A DNA stretch of 63,925 bases, filler included, from Craspedostauros australis (Eukaryota), in NCBI GenBank assembly GCA_030167865.1. It is 10 parts of 10 records of this genome, joined end to end, with 100 filler letters (N's around TTAATTAATTAA, not from the genome) between each part and the next. Parts side by side here need not be neighbours in the genome. Positions count along the whole stretch, not along the records: positions 22,593 to 35,935 come from JALAGF010005389.1; 9 more parts are not named here. One strand, written 5' to 3'. A program made the position numbers and the translations under genes. Shown here one piece after another: positions 23,346 to 35,563 of this stretch. The stretch's first letter is position 1; every line of letters begins with the position of its first letter. The notes beneath the pieces are model-generated. The model was given only the letters and a program-made list of their open reading frames with translations, did no database searches and was not told where the DNA came from.

Positions 23346-24644
23346 CTACGATATGCCGCCATTTTCAGTCTCTTGTATCATCGATGGCGCTGCTTCATTC
23401 TCGCCTCGACGCCTCGTTTCATCAGCGCCCGCACCATCATCGTCAGAACCGCCATCAGTGAGTAACCTGTATCCTTCATCAACCGCGGCCACCTCCCGAT
23501 CATCCCGCCATTTCTGAAACGCGATGATCGCCAAGGAGACAAAGATCAACAACACACCCACCCACGTCGTCGATTGCGGAACTTGTTGAAAGACGACGAC
23601 TTCAAAGACGTAGGCCCACACGATGTTGGAGCTGCGCACGATGCTGCCCATTCCCGCCGGCGCCAGTCGCGCGGCAAAGTTCAACAAGATATGGGCCGCG
23701 GTGCCGACCAATCCCATGGCAGCGAGGTAGATCCAGATCTTGGAATCCCGGTGCATGGACCAGACTCCGTCGATGCGTTGCACCCATGCCATGTGCCCGA
23801 AGATGACCGCGTTGAAGAGGCTGAAGACGAGGAAGGACCACACCAACTGCAATGTGTGCACGCCCATCGTTCCGGCGCCGCGCATCAACGCCATGGCTCC
23901 AGCGCCGCTTATGCTGCCCAAGATGGCGGTGATGTAACCAACCCAGTAGTAGGGCGAGTCGGCAATCCATGAGTCGCCTTCGTCGGCGCCGAAGATGATG
24001 GACGGACGAGCGATGCAGATCGCGCCTGCGAGACTGAAGCACGTTGCCACACAATGAGAAGGAAGGATCGGTTCTCCAAGAAACATGGCTGCCAGGAAGA
24101 TCGTGAAGGTGGGACTGAGACTCAGCAGCGTCATGGCGTCTCCCAGCGGAAGGAGCTTCAGCGTGGCGAAGTACATGATGAAGGTGATGCCCCCGACTAT
24201 GCCGCGGATGACGACGATCTTCTGGACCTTGCGTGTGCCTCCGAACGGCGTGAAGAGGAGTGGACGCTGCGGAAGTAGAGCTGTGGTCGTGGAAGATTCC
24301 ATGCTCTCAGGCATTCCAGTTTCGCCGTCGCCTTCCGCCTGCCTCCTCAACTGAGCATTGTGGTTGGAGACGTACTCGTAGTGAGCGCCGCCATGCGCAA
24401 CCGACTTTGGCATCGTGGCGCAGAGGAATGTCAAGATGAAGACCGTCTCGACCAGCGACCGTACAAGGACCAGCTCCGTGGACGGAATCCCGCTGCTGGA
24501 ACAGAGCTTGAGGAAGACACCCATCACTGCGTGCAACAGCTCGAAAATGACAAGGAGAAGGAGGCCGCAGGACTCCACGGACAACCACGACGGCCGGAAG
24601 AACATCGTTTCGTTTGCGGCGTTCATTTTCAAGAATGTCCTCAC
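23346..24644 (-). CDS. EamA/DMT family transporter (SLC35G-like)
   Basis: About 10 hydrophobic segments. RGIVG, LPLGDA, SPTFT..LA..FLGE, IARP. Confidence 0.88.
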   Translation of the reverse strand: MRTFLKMNAANETMFFRPSWLSVESCGLLLLVIFELLHAVMGVFLKLCSSSGIPSTELVLVRSLVETVFILTFLCATMPKSVAHGGAHYEYVSNHNAQLRRQAEGDGETGMPESMESSTTTALLPQRPLLFTPFGGTRKVQKIVVIRGIVGGITFIMYFATLKLLPLGDAMTLLSLSPTFTIFLAAMFLGEPILPSHCVATCFSLAGAICIARPSIIFGADEGDSWIADSPYYWVGYITAILGSISGAGAMALMRGAGTMGVHTLQLVWSFLVFSLFNAVIFGHMAWVQRIDGVWSMHRDSKIWIYLAAMGLVGTAAHILLNFAARLAPAGMGSIVRSSNIVWAYVFEVVVFQQVPQSTTWVGVLLIFVSLAIIAFQKWRDDREVAAVDEGYRLLTDGGSDDDGAGADETRRRGENEAAPSMIQETENGGIS

Positions 24645-24958
24645 GGCATTTCGGTCTGCGCGCGTCCAAAATGGTTGCGGATGTGATCGTTGCCGTCGTC
24701 GTTGCGGATGCTGCTGCTATCGCTGTGGAGGCTCTACTATGGAATGGGAAGGTTGTGATGCATCTCCGGAGGCCAAATGAGAGGCAGATGCGTTTGTGGT
24801 GCTTGGCATCTGCGAGTCATCATGATTGTTCCTTGGATTCCGTGAACGCGAGGTGAGAATTATCGCCCGAACTGACGAACGAGATCGAAGGTTCGTCATC
24901 GTTTGGATCGGCGTGATTTGATTCAATCACGAGTACTCGCACCCAAACTCGTTTTCGG

Positions 24959-26570
24959 GGACACCCGGCAAAATGGGTCGAATTAGTCTATCTTGGAGGC
25001 TACTGACCCAGCCAATCAAAACTCGTTGTTTTTGCGATGACAAAAGATCCCGCAAGAGGAATGTTCTCGAACCAGATTTTCGTTCTCAGGAACTCTTTGA
25101 AGGTCATAGCTTCCAGTTTTATTTATGGGTATATCATGGAGAAACTCCGAAAATGACTCTGCAATACTGTGTCTTGATTTAATCCCGTCCAGTCGTGCGA
25201 AAACCGAACCCTTGATTTTAATAGCCGTCATTCGATTTTAATATCCGTCATTCGATTTAAGTATCCGTCATTCGATTTTAATATCCGTCATTCGATTTAT
25301 TTATCCGTCACTCGATTTAATTATCCGTTGTTCGATTTATATAGTTATCAATCCATTGTCTTCACGGGACACCATTGACACTACAGGACTAGTTCGACTA
25401 AACGAGGTTCTCGTCAGATCGCGATTGATGAAACGGAAACAGACCAACAAACCACGAATACAAAGACGGGGCTTGATGAGAGCAACACATGATGCCCCCG
25501 CGCTCGTTTCGGATGGCCAAGCCAGGCAAAACCACTCCACAACATCAAGTATCAACGTAGTGTAGCGAACGCGATACAAATGCAATACACACCGATGCAC
25601 GCATGTGTTGCATCCTACATCGCTTTAGACCAGTGTGATGTCATGCTCATTTCGTCTGGTCTGCACTTGGTTTTGCGGTATCAGTGAAGGTGTCTCTTTG
25701 TTCGAAGGGTAGTCGCATTGTTTTCTCTGTGCATTGCTCACAAATCCTGCCGTTCGACACAAACAATCGCCATGAGATTCCCCCCGCCCCACGCTTCCTC
25801 TTTCCAACAAAGCAAAGCCGCTGGCACGAGCGGCAGCCATACCATTCCAATGGCTCTCTCCCGCTCCTCTTCTTCCAATACAGTACCAAATGGACAACAG
25901 ATCAGAACTCTTCAAGGTTGACCACGAAGTCTTTGCACAGTCTGCTTCACATTTATACAATTGTAACCAACATAAAACATATACTAGACAATAATACTCC
26001 AACTCCACACTCGTCTCTGTTGTGATCCGTCCAGAGCAGGGCAGAGTCGAGGAGAGCCACCATTTCGTGGTTTGCTTGTNNNNNNNNNNNNNNNNNNNNN
26101 NNNNNNNNNNNNNNNNNNNNNNNNNNNNNAGCCACCATTTCGTGGTTTGCTTGTGTGACCAAGTGCACTTGATTAGTTCGATCACTTGCCGGCCTTGTCT
26201 TCTTGGGTCACGATTGACAAACTTGTGCGACTTATTTATCCGTCATTCGATTTTCATATCCGTCATTCGATTTATTTATCCGTCACTCGATTTATTTATC
26301 CGTCATTCGATTTATCTAGAATTCGAAACTGTTTGTCATCNATATAGACGGGNCTCGATCAATTAGGCCAGCGGCATCAATGCCTCGTTTTGTTTCTCCG
26401 AAGTAGGACCAACATGATGTCTCACTAAGTTCTTCGAAAGGAGATTCGTTCTTCGCCAATCGTGGAATGTCAATTGCGGCCTTCTTGTGTCTGAGTGACA
26501 AAATTGNTTTTGGATGTCAAAGTAGTCGTACTAGTCGAACTACGTTTCCGTTGTTTTTTGCCGGGTGTCC
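24959..26570. mobile_element. Non-autonomous Harbinger-like TIR element related to 4333-7058
   Basis: TIRs GGACACCCGGCAAAA / TTTTGCCGGGTGTCC with flanks CGG / CTG. 20-bp arrays of ATCCGTCATTCGATTT at ~25223-25337 and ~26233-26314. Confidence 0.78.
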
Positions 26571-26873
26571 CTGGCATCGTATTGCCCCAAACACGATCAA
26601 CCACGGATGACAGGCAGACGATTGAAGTGCGCCAAGCATTCTTGACATCACCGAAAACAACGAACTGTTGATGTTGTGGCTACACAGAACAACTACTCAA
26701 CGACTATGGCAATACATGTCCTCGTTCTGTGGAAGAGATCATGGTTGTACTTGTGTACGACTACGTGCATTGATGGAGGCGTCAGCCAACGTATGATGCG
26801 TACGCATACATAACCAGTAAAGCAATGCATGGGTGAAACAAGCAGCCACGCGAAACATTGCATGCTGAAAAGG

Positions 26874-27948
26874 ATGGATGAAGGCAACCATGGCAAGAGA
26901 CGGAGACGGAGATGATGATGATGATGATGACGAATGGGAAGTGGTGATGAGGAGCGATTGCAAACGCATCGCATCGATCGGCGACATCAGAAAGGAAGAT
27001 AACAAGGCAATTGCATAGGTAAACAATCACATGAACAATCGAGGCGCCCACGCCAGACGCGCCGTTGGCAGCTGAGATTCAATACCTGCTGGACGAGTGC
27101 ATTCATGAGATCGGACACAGCAGCTTCTTCGGGACTTGTAGTATCAGCTGTTAGTAGATACTCCTTCTACTACGCCACCACTACGCGCATCATTACCGCC
27201 AACGCCTGCTCATGCTGAAGCTCAAAGCGATGCATCACAGCCACAACTGCAAACGATGAGATGGAGGCACCGTGTCATCGGATCCACAAGTCGGAGAAAT
27301 CATCTGCTCCGGAATCAGCAACTTTTCCCATGGCTCGTCACCCTTGCCGGCCACATTGGGGCCCATGTGGCAGCTGGCGTGCACTTGCGCCTTGAGTGAT
27401 GCCATGCACGAACGGCGGAAGCAACACCAACAAGCCAACAGTCGCGATACATACATCCCGCCCCGTCCAGTTGCAGTGGGGTACGACGATCCATGCATGA
27501 CGCCAGCGGATACCACCTTCCTTTTCCACACAATTCCTTCCGCACAACTCCTCCCACATCATTGAAACCAACGAACGCGGAAAGCATTTGATTGGCAACA
27601 ACGATCTCGGCGACAACAGTGGTGGCCAGACCATCGTCGTCATGCCACACTGCCCAATGATGCTGTATGGTACACCAACGTGCTGTTCCCCAACCAGGAT
27701 CATCTGCTGCTCAGCGGCATGATCATCAGAAATGTATTGGCCAAAGAGCATGCCTTGCCGTCCAGCCAGTCAGGCTGTGCTGCGAATGATACGGTCGTGC
27801 ATAGAACATCACGCTGCGCGAGTCACCAAAGGCGAAATCCAAGATTTGCCGGGCGCACCATTGGATGCATCACTGATAGCTATCTTACGAAATACGGTAG
27901 TGCAGTTACTTCTCTGATTACAGCCTATTCATTTTCCTCTTCTTCATG
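26874..27948 (+). pseudogene. SRR1-domain pseudogene (several frameshifts); ends approximate
   Basis: SRR1-like blocks occur in order across different frames: IICSGISNFS, PMWQLA, YDDPCMT, ETNERGKH, TIVVMPHCPMMLY, TNVLFPN. Confidence 0.6.
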
Positions 27949-28016
27949 ACGCGCTCACGTCTCTGTCTACTGTTGTTGTGATTCAGTCCTCTTCTCCAGC
28001 AGTAGCGCCATCGGCC

Positions 28017-30006
28017 TCAGCCAGGCGCGACGGACCGCACGAAGTTCACCAACGTTGTACGATCCATGTATGAATCCACTTGTGCTGTACCCTCGTTTTC
28101 ATCCACGACCTTGTACAAATCCATCATGGACATGGCACTGTACTCGTCATCAACTTCATTGCTTGCCGCTCCCCCACTGCAGATGGCATGAATGCCTCCC
28201 ATCAGTTGGGGATGTTGAAACAACTTGCTGCAATCTTCACGAGCGAGTAAAGTCTGCATGTTTCGAGCTGCCATCCTCGTTGCTGCATCCTTCAACACCA
28301 CGCAGTTGTGTTGATCAGCGAATATCAACGCATCTACCATGGTGTCTTCTGTGAGATGAGTGCGGGCCAACTCTGCTTCAAGAACAAGCTTGAGTCGCCA
28401 GAAGCCGNNNNNNNNNNNNNNNNNNNNNNNNNNNNNNNNNNNNNNNNNNNNNNNNNNNNNNNNNNNNNNNNNNNNNNNNNNNNNNNNNNNNNNNNNNNNN
28501 NNNNNNNNNNNNNNNNNNNNNNNNNNNNNNNNNNNNNNNNNNNNNNNNNNNNNNNNNNNNNNNNNNNNNNNNNNNNNNNNNNNNGAGGACACGTTGGACA
28601 TGTTTGGGTTGATGGTTGGGAAGAGGGATGAGCCTGCGGGTGAGGGCAGTGGCAGAATCAGTGCCGTCGTCAGTGCCGTCATCAACATGCTGACGTTGGA
28701 TTCCTGAGTCGATCAATGTCTGAATGGATGGAACAGTGACCATGAGGACTCCGGAGTTTGCCTTGATTGGCTGTTGTTCGTCGCCTTGTCCGCACAGGAA
28801 GGTGATGTCTGCCTTGGCCTCAGAACGAACAGCGCTGCGACGATCTTGGNCGATGCTGATGTTGGTTGNTGTGTGGATTTTAGGATTGNNGTGCTTGGTT
28901 GGTGTTGTGATGGTGTTTGTGTGGCTTTGCTTGCGCACCTGCATCTCTGTTTGCAGCTGTGTCTGCAGTTGCAAGTTGCGTTGACTGAGATGATCGAGAC
29001 GCTTCATGATTGATGTCATCATCTTGACCTGATTGTCGGATTTGATTACATCGATGGGTGTTTTGTTGTCGTTGTTCTTGCAGTTGACATCGGCGTTGCA
29101 TGTTTCGATGAGGTACTTCACACATTCCAGGCTGCCTCCAACGCATGCTTTATGAAGTGGAGTGTCACCACGGTTGTTCTTGCAGTTGACATCGGCGTTG
29201 GTTGATTCGATGAGGTACTTCACCCATTTATAACGGCCTTTATAGCATGCCCCATGAAGTGGAGTGTGGCCATAGTTGTTTTTGCAGTTGACATCAGCGT
29301 TGGTTGATTCGATGAGGTACTCGACGCATTCAGACTTGCCCCAGTAGCATGCCTTATGAAGTGGAGTGTTGCCATTGTTGGCTTTGCAGTTGACATCGGC
29401 GTTGCATGTTTCGATGAGGTACTTCACACATTTCAGGTGGCTGTTGGTGCATGCCTCATGAAGTGGAGTGTAGCCATCGTTGTTCTTGCAGTTGACATCG
29501 GCGTTGCATGTTTCGATGAGGTACTTCACACATTCCAGGCTGCCATAGTAGCATGCTTTATGAAGTGGAGTGTTGCCACCGTAGTTTTCGCAGTTGACAT
29601 CGGCGTTGCATGTTTCGATGAGGTACTTCACACATTCCAGGCTGCCATAGTAGCATGCCTCATGAAGTGGAGTGTTGCCACCGTAGTTTTCGCAGTTGAC
29701 ATCGGCGTTGCATGTTTCGATGAGGTACTTCACACATTCCAGGCTGCCATAGTAGCATGCTTTATGAAGTGGAGTGTCACCATGGTTGTCTTCGCAGTTG
29801 ACATCGGCGTTGGTTGATTCGATGAGGTACTTCACACATTCCAGGTGGCCGTTGGCGCATGCTCGATGAAGTGGAGTCCAACCATTGTAGCCGTATTTGA
29901 CCGTGTTGACATCACGTCCTTCGTTCTGCTCCTTCCATTCCTTCAACACTGACAGATCACCTGTGTTGGCAGCAAAAAGGAGTCGTCTGTCTGAGACATT
30001 CGACAT
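28017..30006 (-). CDS. Ankyrin repeat (8 x 34 aa) - coiled coil - BTB/POZ - BACK-like protein, spanning an N gap
   Basis: Eight TPLH repeats. ADITFLCG...IKANSGVL marks the BTB start. LKLVLEAEL...DALIFADQHNCVVLKDAA is a BTB-end/BACK-like signature. Confidence 0.85.
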
Positions 30007-30505
30007 GTTGGTCGTTGGTCGTTGGTTGTTGAGCTGTTGGTAGACAAACAATTGCTGGATGATTGCTCAATGTGTTCACGGTCTTATGATGAAGATGCTG
30101 ACTGATGGTATGAGACCAAACTGTTGCAAGGAATAGCAAGGTTGTNGTTGTCTTGTTCGCACGTTCTGTTTCTCTGTTCCATGATCGCACTCTGGTTTGT
30201 CGTGGAAGAACTGGTTGGTGCGGATCCTTCTCGACATCCACCACAAAACACACACAAACACAAACAACACGAAAGAAACACGAAGAAGGAATGTTTGCGA
30301 TCGAACTCGATTTTCTTGAGTCCATTGAGTCATTCGACAGAAGCTTCCCTGTTTGTGCCAAACTGTGCCGGATCACAGGGTGTGCGTCCAACTGCCTGAC
30401 TGTTGGCGCGAGCGACTTGGTCGTCATGATGGCTTTTCCATCACGCTCGTTTCCCCAGTCACACACTTCCCACAGAACACCACACAAACACCATGATCTC
30501 CAACT

Positions 30506-32644
30506 GGAGGTGGTTGTAAGGGTCATAATTTCATAATTTGGGCCTCTCGACCAATCATATCGCTTCATTTAGGGCACAAGATACCTTTCGGCTCCTCGTT
30601 GAAATGGGGGTCAACGTCCACATAACGTCAATCGAAATAATTATGAACTCATTGTCCGCGAATATGAACGCTCCTCGGAGACCGTTCATAATTTCATAAT
30701 CTCTCTGAGGGGTCGTGGTAGTCCAAAATTCGTTCTCAACGGCTACATCGGAGCCAAAAACTGTGTACTCACACCAGATTGATCCGATGTGCTCTACTGC
30801 AAATTGATTATTCGTGCCCACCTGTTGCATCACAACTGTCTGTTGCAGTTCAACTCCTTCTTTAGATGCACCTAGTGTAACTCTGTATTTATTATCTGAT
30901 GAACTCCAGCGGGTCATATCTTCCCACCATCATCGCCAGCGCCAGGCTGCCTTGATTGCCATCATCCTTGTCATTCTCAAGCATCTTGCTGCACAGCAGC
31001 GCCTCCTCATGTGTGCTGTGGCACACTGCATCCTCAACACCATGCCAACAAGTGTGCGAAGGGGTCGGTACCTCAGCTCAAGCATCTTCCATCATCAAGC
31101 ATTATCTTTCAGGTCTTTGATTTGAGAGTATAGTGACTCCATGGAGTCCCACGACTTCATCGGGCTTACCAGGCCATCATTCAATTGATTGGCATAACTG
31201 CTATTGCCTGGTATCGAAGCGTTGCCCGTCGATCCGTGAGACACGGCGCCACCATGACCATCATATATTTGCTGTTGTAAGTTTGGCTACATCAATGTCA
31301 CTGCCATTGCAATGAAGCATCTGACTTCCAAGTCAGAATTGAAGAACCATTTCTGGTAGGATCTGCCTTTGTTGGAAGGTTGGAAGAGATCTTGGAGGAC
31401 GTAGGGAGCAATGGACATGGCAGAGGCTGAAGTTGAGGCAATGGAAGAGCACTCTCACAAAACAGGGACTATGGATGACAATTGTAACCTGACATACAAA
31501 GTGATGGATCTTAAGAAGAAAGCAAAGGAAGATGTGGAATGCATCAACGATGCCCAGAAGCAAAGAAGGTGCAAGTGGGAAGCTACAATGGCCATTTGTA
31601 TCATCAAAGCATTGACAATGAGACGATTGGCAAGCAAACAATTGCACTGAATGCTGCGATGGTTGGGATAGGTACGTTGAGTGTTCAACGAATGAAGGAG
31701 TGGACACCAGCAGCACAGTCAATAGAGAAAGGAAGACGGGGGAAGCAGGAAAGTGGCAACACAAAGTGAATAGTATGGAGATGAACTGCAGATGGCAAGG
31801 AGCAACACATACGTACATACATACACATCCATCTGGTAGATGGCAGTTGAAAACTGCACTTGGGCAAGACACATGTATTTGTGAATGTGTGAAGCAGCAA
31901 GAGATGTGCGAAACTGAAGCTGTGGATGTGTAAGCATACGGCCCCATTCAGCGAGGTCGAGTATCATCCTGCCAATATTGAATTGGACAACATGACATTT
32001 TAGCAAGCTATGTGGCATGTTGTCCACTAGGGTTAGACATATTTAGATAGATCATATGACACAAGTACATGGCTTGTGCTCACTGTGGATGGAACTAATG
32101 CTGTTGTTGTTGGTCGATATCAGACTGCGATGGTATCCAACAGTGTGGGTCATGATGTTGTGACAGCTTTGGTGTTGTGTTGATTCCTCACGTTGTGGAT
32201 GATTGGGCTCTGTTGTGTGCTTCCTCCCTTGTGTGTGTTGTGTCAAGTAGCACAGTGTTGTTTGTGGCATCCCTACACGTTCACATCCACATTCACGGCA
32301 ACAGCAACACTTGCGAATACTATGCAGCATAATATTATATAATACAATAGAGCACAGTGACTCATCCTATGGTATGAAAAGTATACTATACTCTCCACAA
32401 TATAGTAGGATGTACATAATGCTTATCTTAACAATCCGCAAATGATGACATGACAACCCTGAACAGGGTGATACGAAGAAAATGGTCGTGGAGAGAAATG
32501 GTGATGTTTGGAAGGAATCAATGGATTGATGGGCACTGATTTAGTCTTGGGGGCAGATTTGTATGCGGGACTGACGTTCGTGACTTGAAATCGGGGTGAA
32601 CGAGGCTGACCAGTTATGAAATTATGACCCTTACAACCACCTCC
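30506..32644. mobile_element. Non-autonomous TIR element, 31-bp perfect TIRs, 3-bp ACT TSD
   Basis: GGAGGTGGTTGTAAGGGTCATAATTTCATAA at 30506 and its exact reverse complement ending at 32644. ACT at 30503-30505 and 32645-32647. Confidence 0.85.
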
Positions 32645-32671
32645 ACTACCACAATAGCAACACCCGTCCTG

Positions 32672-32905
32672 GGGCTTCCGCTAAACTGCCGGACATGCTG
32701 GTTCGAGTTCATTTTAACGGGCTTACGAACAATACTAGTCGTGAACGAGTTTTTATTAGTCTTGGTTGCAGTGTCCTTCAGACATTGTCGTCGCCACTTG
32801 CGACTCGTATCAGTGCGATGTCAAAAAATGCCCTATTTAGGGCACATATTCAAAACTTGCCTTAAATAGAGCATCTTTTCAAAACGTGCCATAAATAGGG
32901 CATCT
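32672..32905 (+). mobile_element. Possible left end of a further Harbinger-like element
   Basis: CTG followed by GGG start, the TACTAGTCGT motif shared with the other two elements, and three TGCCnTAwwTAGrGCA-like palindromes. No partner TIR seen. Confidence 0.35.
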
Positions 32906-34361
32906 CTGTTCGATGTAGGCTAGAGACAATTCAATCACGGACTGATAAAACCAGAATGTCCTTTTCCGACTTTCCAACCACAACGAAGGAATTCGCATTC
33001 ACGACTTCGAATGTCCGTCAACCAGATGGTGATGCTGTTCGTTAGTCCGATAGTCCGTTTTACCGGAAGTTCCTGGCACACTTCCTTCCACAAACACTGT
33101 CCAGATGATGAGCGCGATTGCCGGTGCTTCAATTCCCCCATCTGAACAAGTTCGGGTGGAGGATGCACGCCTTGTGCGGAAACGTGAAGCTTACGGATGG
33201 CAGAGCTGAGCCCAGATCACGCATCATGCTGAAGATGTGTGCGATGTCTCCACGTTGATGCCAATGCTGCACATCTTGTATCCAATGATGCCTTTGGCCA
33301 AGTCGTCAGGCTGGAGCATTGCTCAAGACACACACACACCCTGAGGTGAATTGGTCCTGAGATGTGAAAAACAATGGCTTGGCACCAATGTATCATATGG
33401 TACCAATACATTGTGCCTGAAACGTATCGCTTTGAACACTGGAGTATTCACAAATCCAACCAATTGCTTGGACCGAAGCAAGCCTTGCACACTCCAACAG
33501 GAGCAANCCAAGATGGTGCAAGAGTAGAGCCAGGTGAGCATAGTTTCACTATCAGCACATACATGATCACATCAGTGGCAATCTTCAATTGGTGTCACAT
33601 GACATCCCCTTGGTCGCTCTCCTGCTTTCATGCCATCTCTTGTTCTATCTTTTTGCTCAGCTCGATCCCAATCGCTCACCAAATCCAGATCAAGAGCCAC
33701 CCACACGTGTCGAGTCAGATGTCATCGCAACATTCACANNNNNNNNNNNNNNNNNNNNNNNNNNNNNNNNNNNNNNNNNNNNNNNNNNTTTCACTATCAG
33801 CACATACATGATCACATCAGTGGCAATCTTCAATTGGTGTCACATGACATCCCCTTGGTCGCTCTCCTGCTTTCATGCCATCTCTTGTTCTATCTTTTTG
33901 CTCAGCTCGATCCCAATCGCTCACCAAATCCAGATCAAGAGCCACCCACACNTGTCNAGTCAGATGTCATCGCAACATTCACAAGCTTCATCAAGTGATC
34001 ATTCAGAGTATTGCTAGATGCAGAAATGAGGACACAAGTGTTGGAAATCTTCCAGGGCATTGCAAATGTGCGCTTCAGTTGCATCAAGCTTGACCAAAGC
34101 ACAATTGGCAAGGTGTATGGATCTTTCTTCGCTTGTCGGCTCACCAGCTGCCCCATGGCTGGTTCGAACAATCGGGTGAATGCTTGCATACCGCAAGGAC
34201 CCAACAATGTGATGACAATGAAAGTGTCAATACTGACTGCAACTGAGGTTCAATGCTGTTGATATTCCAAGCTCCTCACCCACTCACAGCCACATCCATC
34301 CTGTCTCACTATCCACAACCAAACCAAATCAAATCATGAAGTGTGAGCTATCCATTGTATG

Positions 34362-35042
34362 TGTTGGAAATCCGGGGTTAGTGTTAGTAAGAACTAATTC
34401 GTTGTTAGATCGTACTATTCAGAACTGTGAGCTCATTCTCTTCAGCTCCTTTGCCTTTCGTTTCTCATGTAGCATCTCTTGCAGCAGCATCTCGTTAGAC
34501 TGTTGCATTCATGCATCTCATCATCGTGGATCATCGCTTGCATGCATGAGGCCTCATCCGCAGGCATCCTTGTCATGCATATCGTCGTGCATATCCGAAG
34601 GCATTCCTGCCATGCGATTCGTCGTGCATATCCTTATTCTACATTCCCTGCGGTACGATTCCACAGTCTTGCGTTTCGCTCTTGATCTCCTGACACCAAA
34701 CTTTACGATTGGTGTCATGATTGATGTCATGCTTGATGCCCTTTCTGAGTTGTTCTAGTCCCTGGGTGACACGTGCCGTGATCTCCAGATGGGGTGATCA
34801 TCAATGTGTCGGTCATCATCTTCCTTCACATGGTTTAGATGTCGTGGCCTTTTCTTGGTTCATAGAGGACAGGCTTGTTTGCTTGGTAAGACTGGGGTCA
34901 TTCCCGTGTGATTCGTGTCGTGGGTGGAATGGACAATATTCAANGGTGTGACNAATAATATCCAAAGGTGTGACAAATAATGTTGGGAGTTGCGGCAATC
35001 ATGGGTATCTTTCCGACAGAGTCGTACCCTCGATTCCTGACA
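34362..35042 (-). repeat. Solo LTR of a copia family C relative
   Basis: The minus strand starts TGTCAGGAATCGAGGGTACGACT and ends CCCCGGATTTCCAACA, as does LTR 43296-44097. Flanked by TGTATG on both sides. Confidence 0.85.
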
Positions 35043-35563
35043 TGTATGATGGAGTACATCACCTGCACCACCTTCTATACCACATGCACACTTGCCATTG
35101 TCTTTTCACTGCATGTGTGTGGAAGTGTTGAGCCAATGAGTGACTTGGAATGTGTGACACAGCAGTAGAGTGATCACCATTTCCACTTTGTACCGTCACC
35201 ATCACTCCAACAAATCGACTTGCCCAGTACCCTTGTCTTCATCCATAACCTTGCACAACTNNNNNNNNNNNNNNNNNNNNNNNNNNNNNNNNNNNNNNNN
35301 NNNNNNNNNNCTTGCCATTGTCTTTTCACTGCATGTGTGTGGAAGTGTTGAGCCAATGAGTGACTTGGAATGTGTGACACAGCAGTGGAGTAATCACCAT
35401 TTCCACTTTGCACCATCACCATCACTCCAACAAATCGACTTGCCCAGTACCCTTGTCTTCATCCATAACCTTGCACAACTCCATCATGGGCATTGCAATG
35501 TACTCATCATCAAATCTGTGGTTCATTGTTCCACCATGACAGAGGGCATGGATGTCTCCCATC

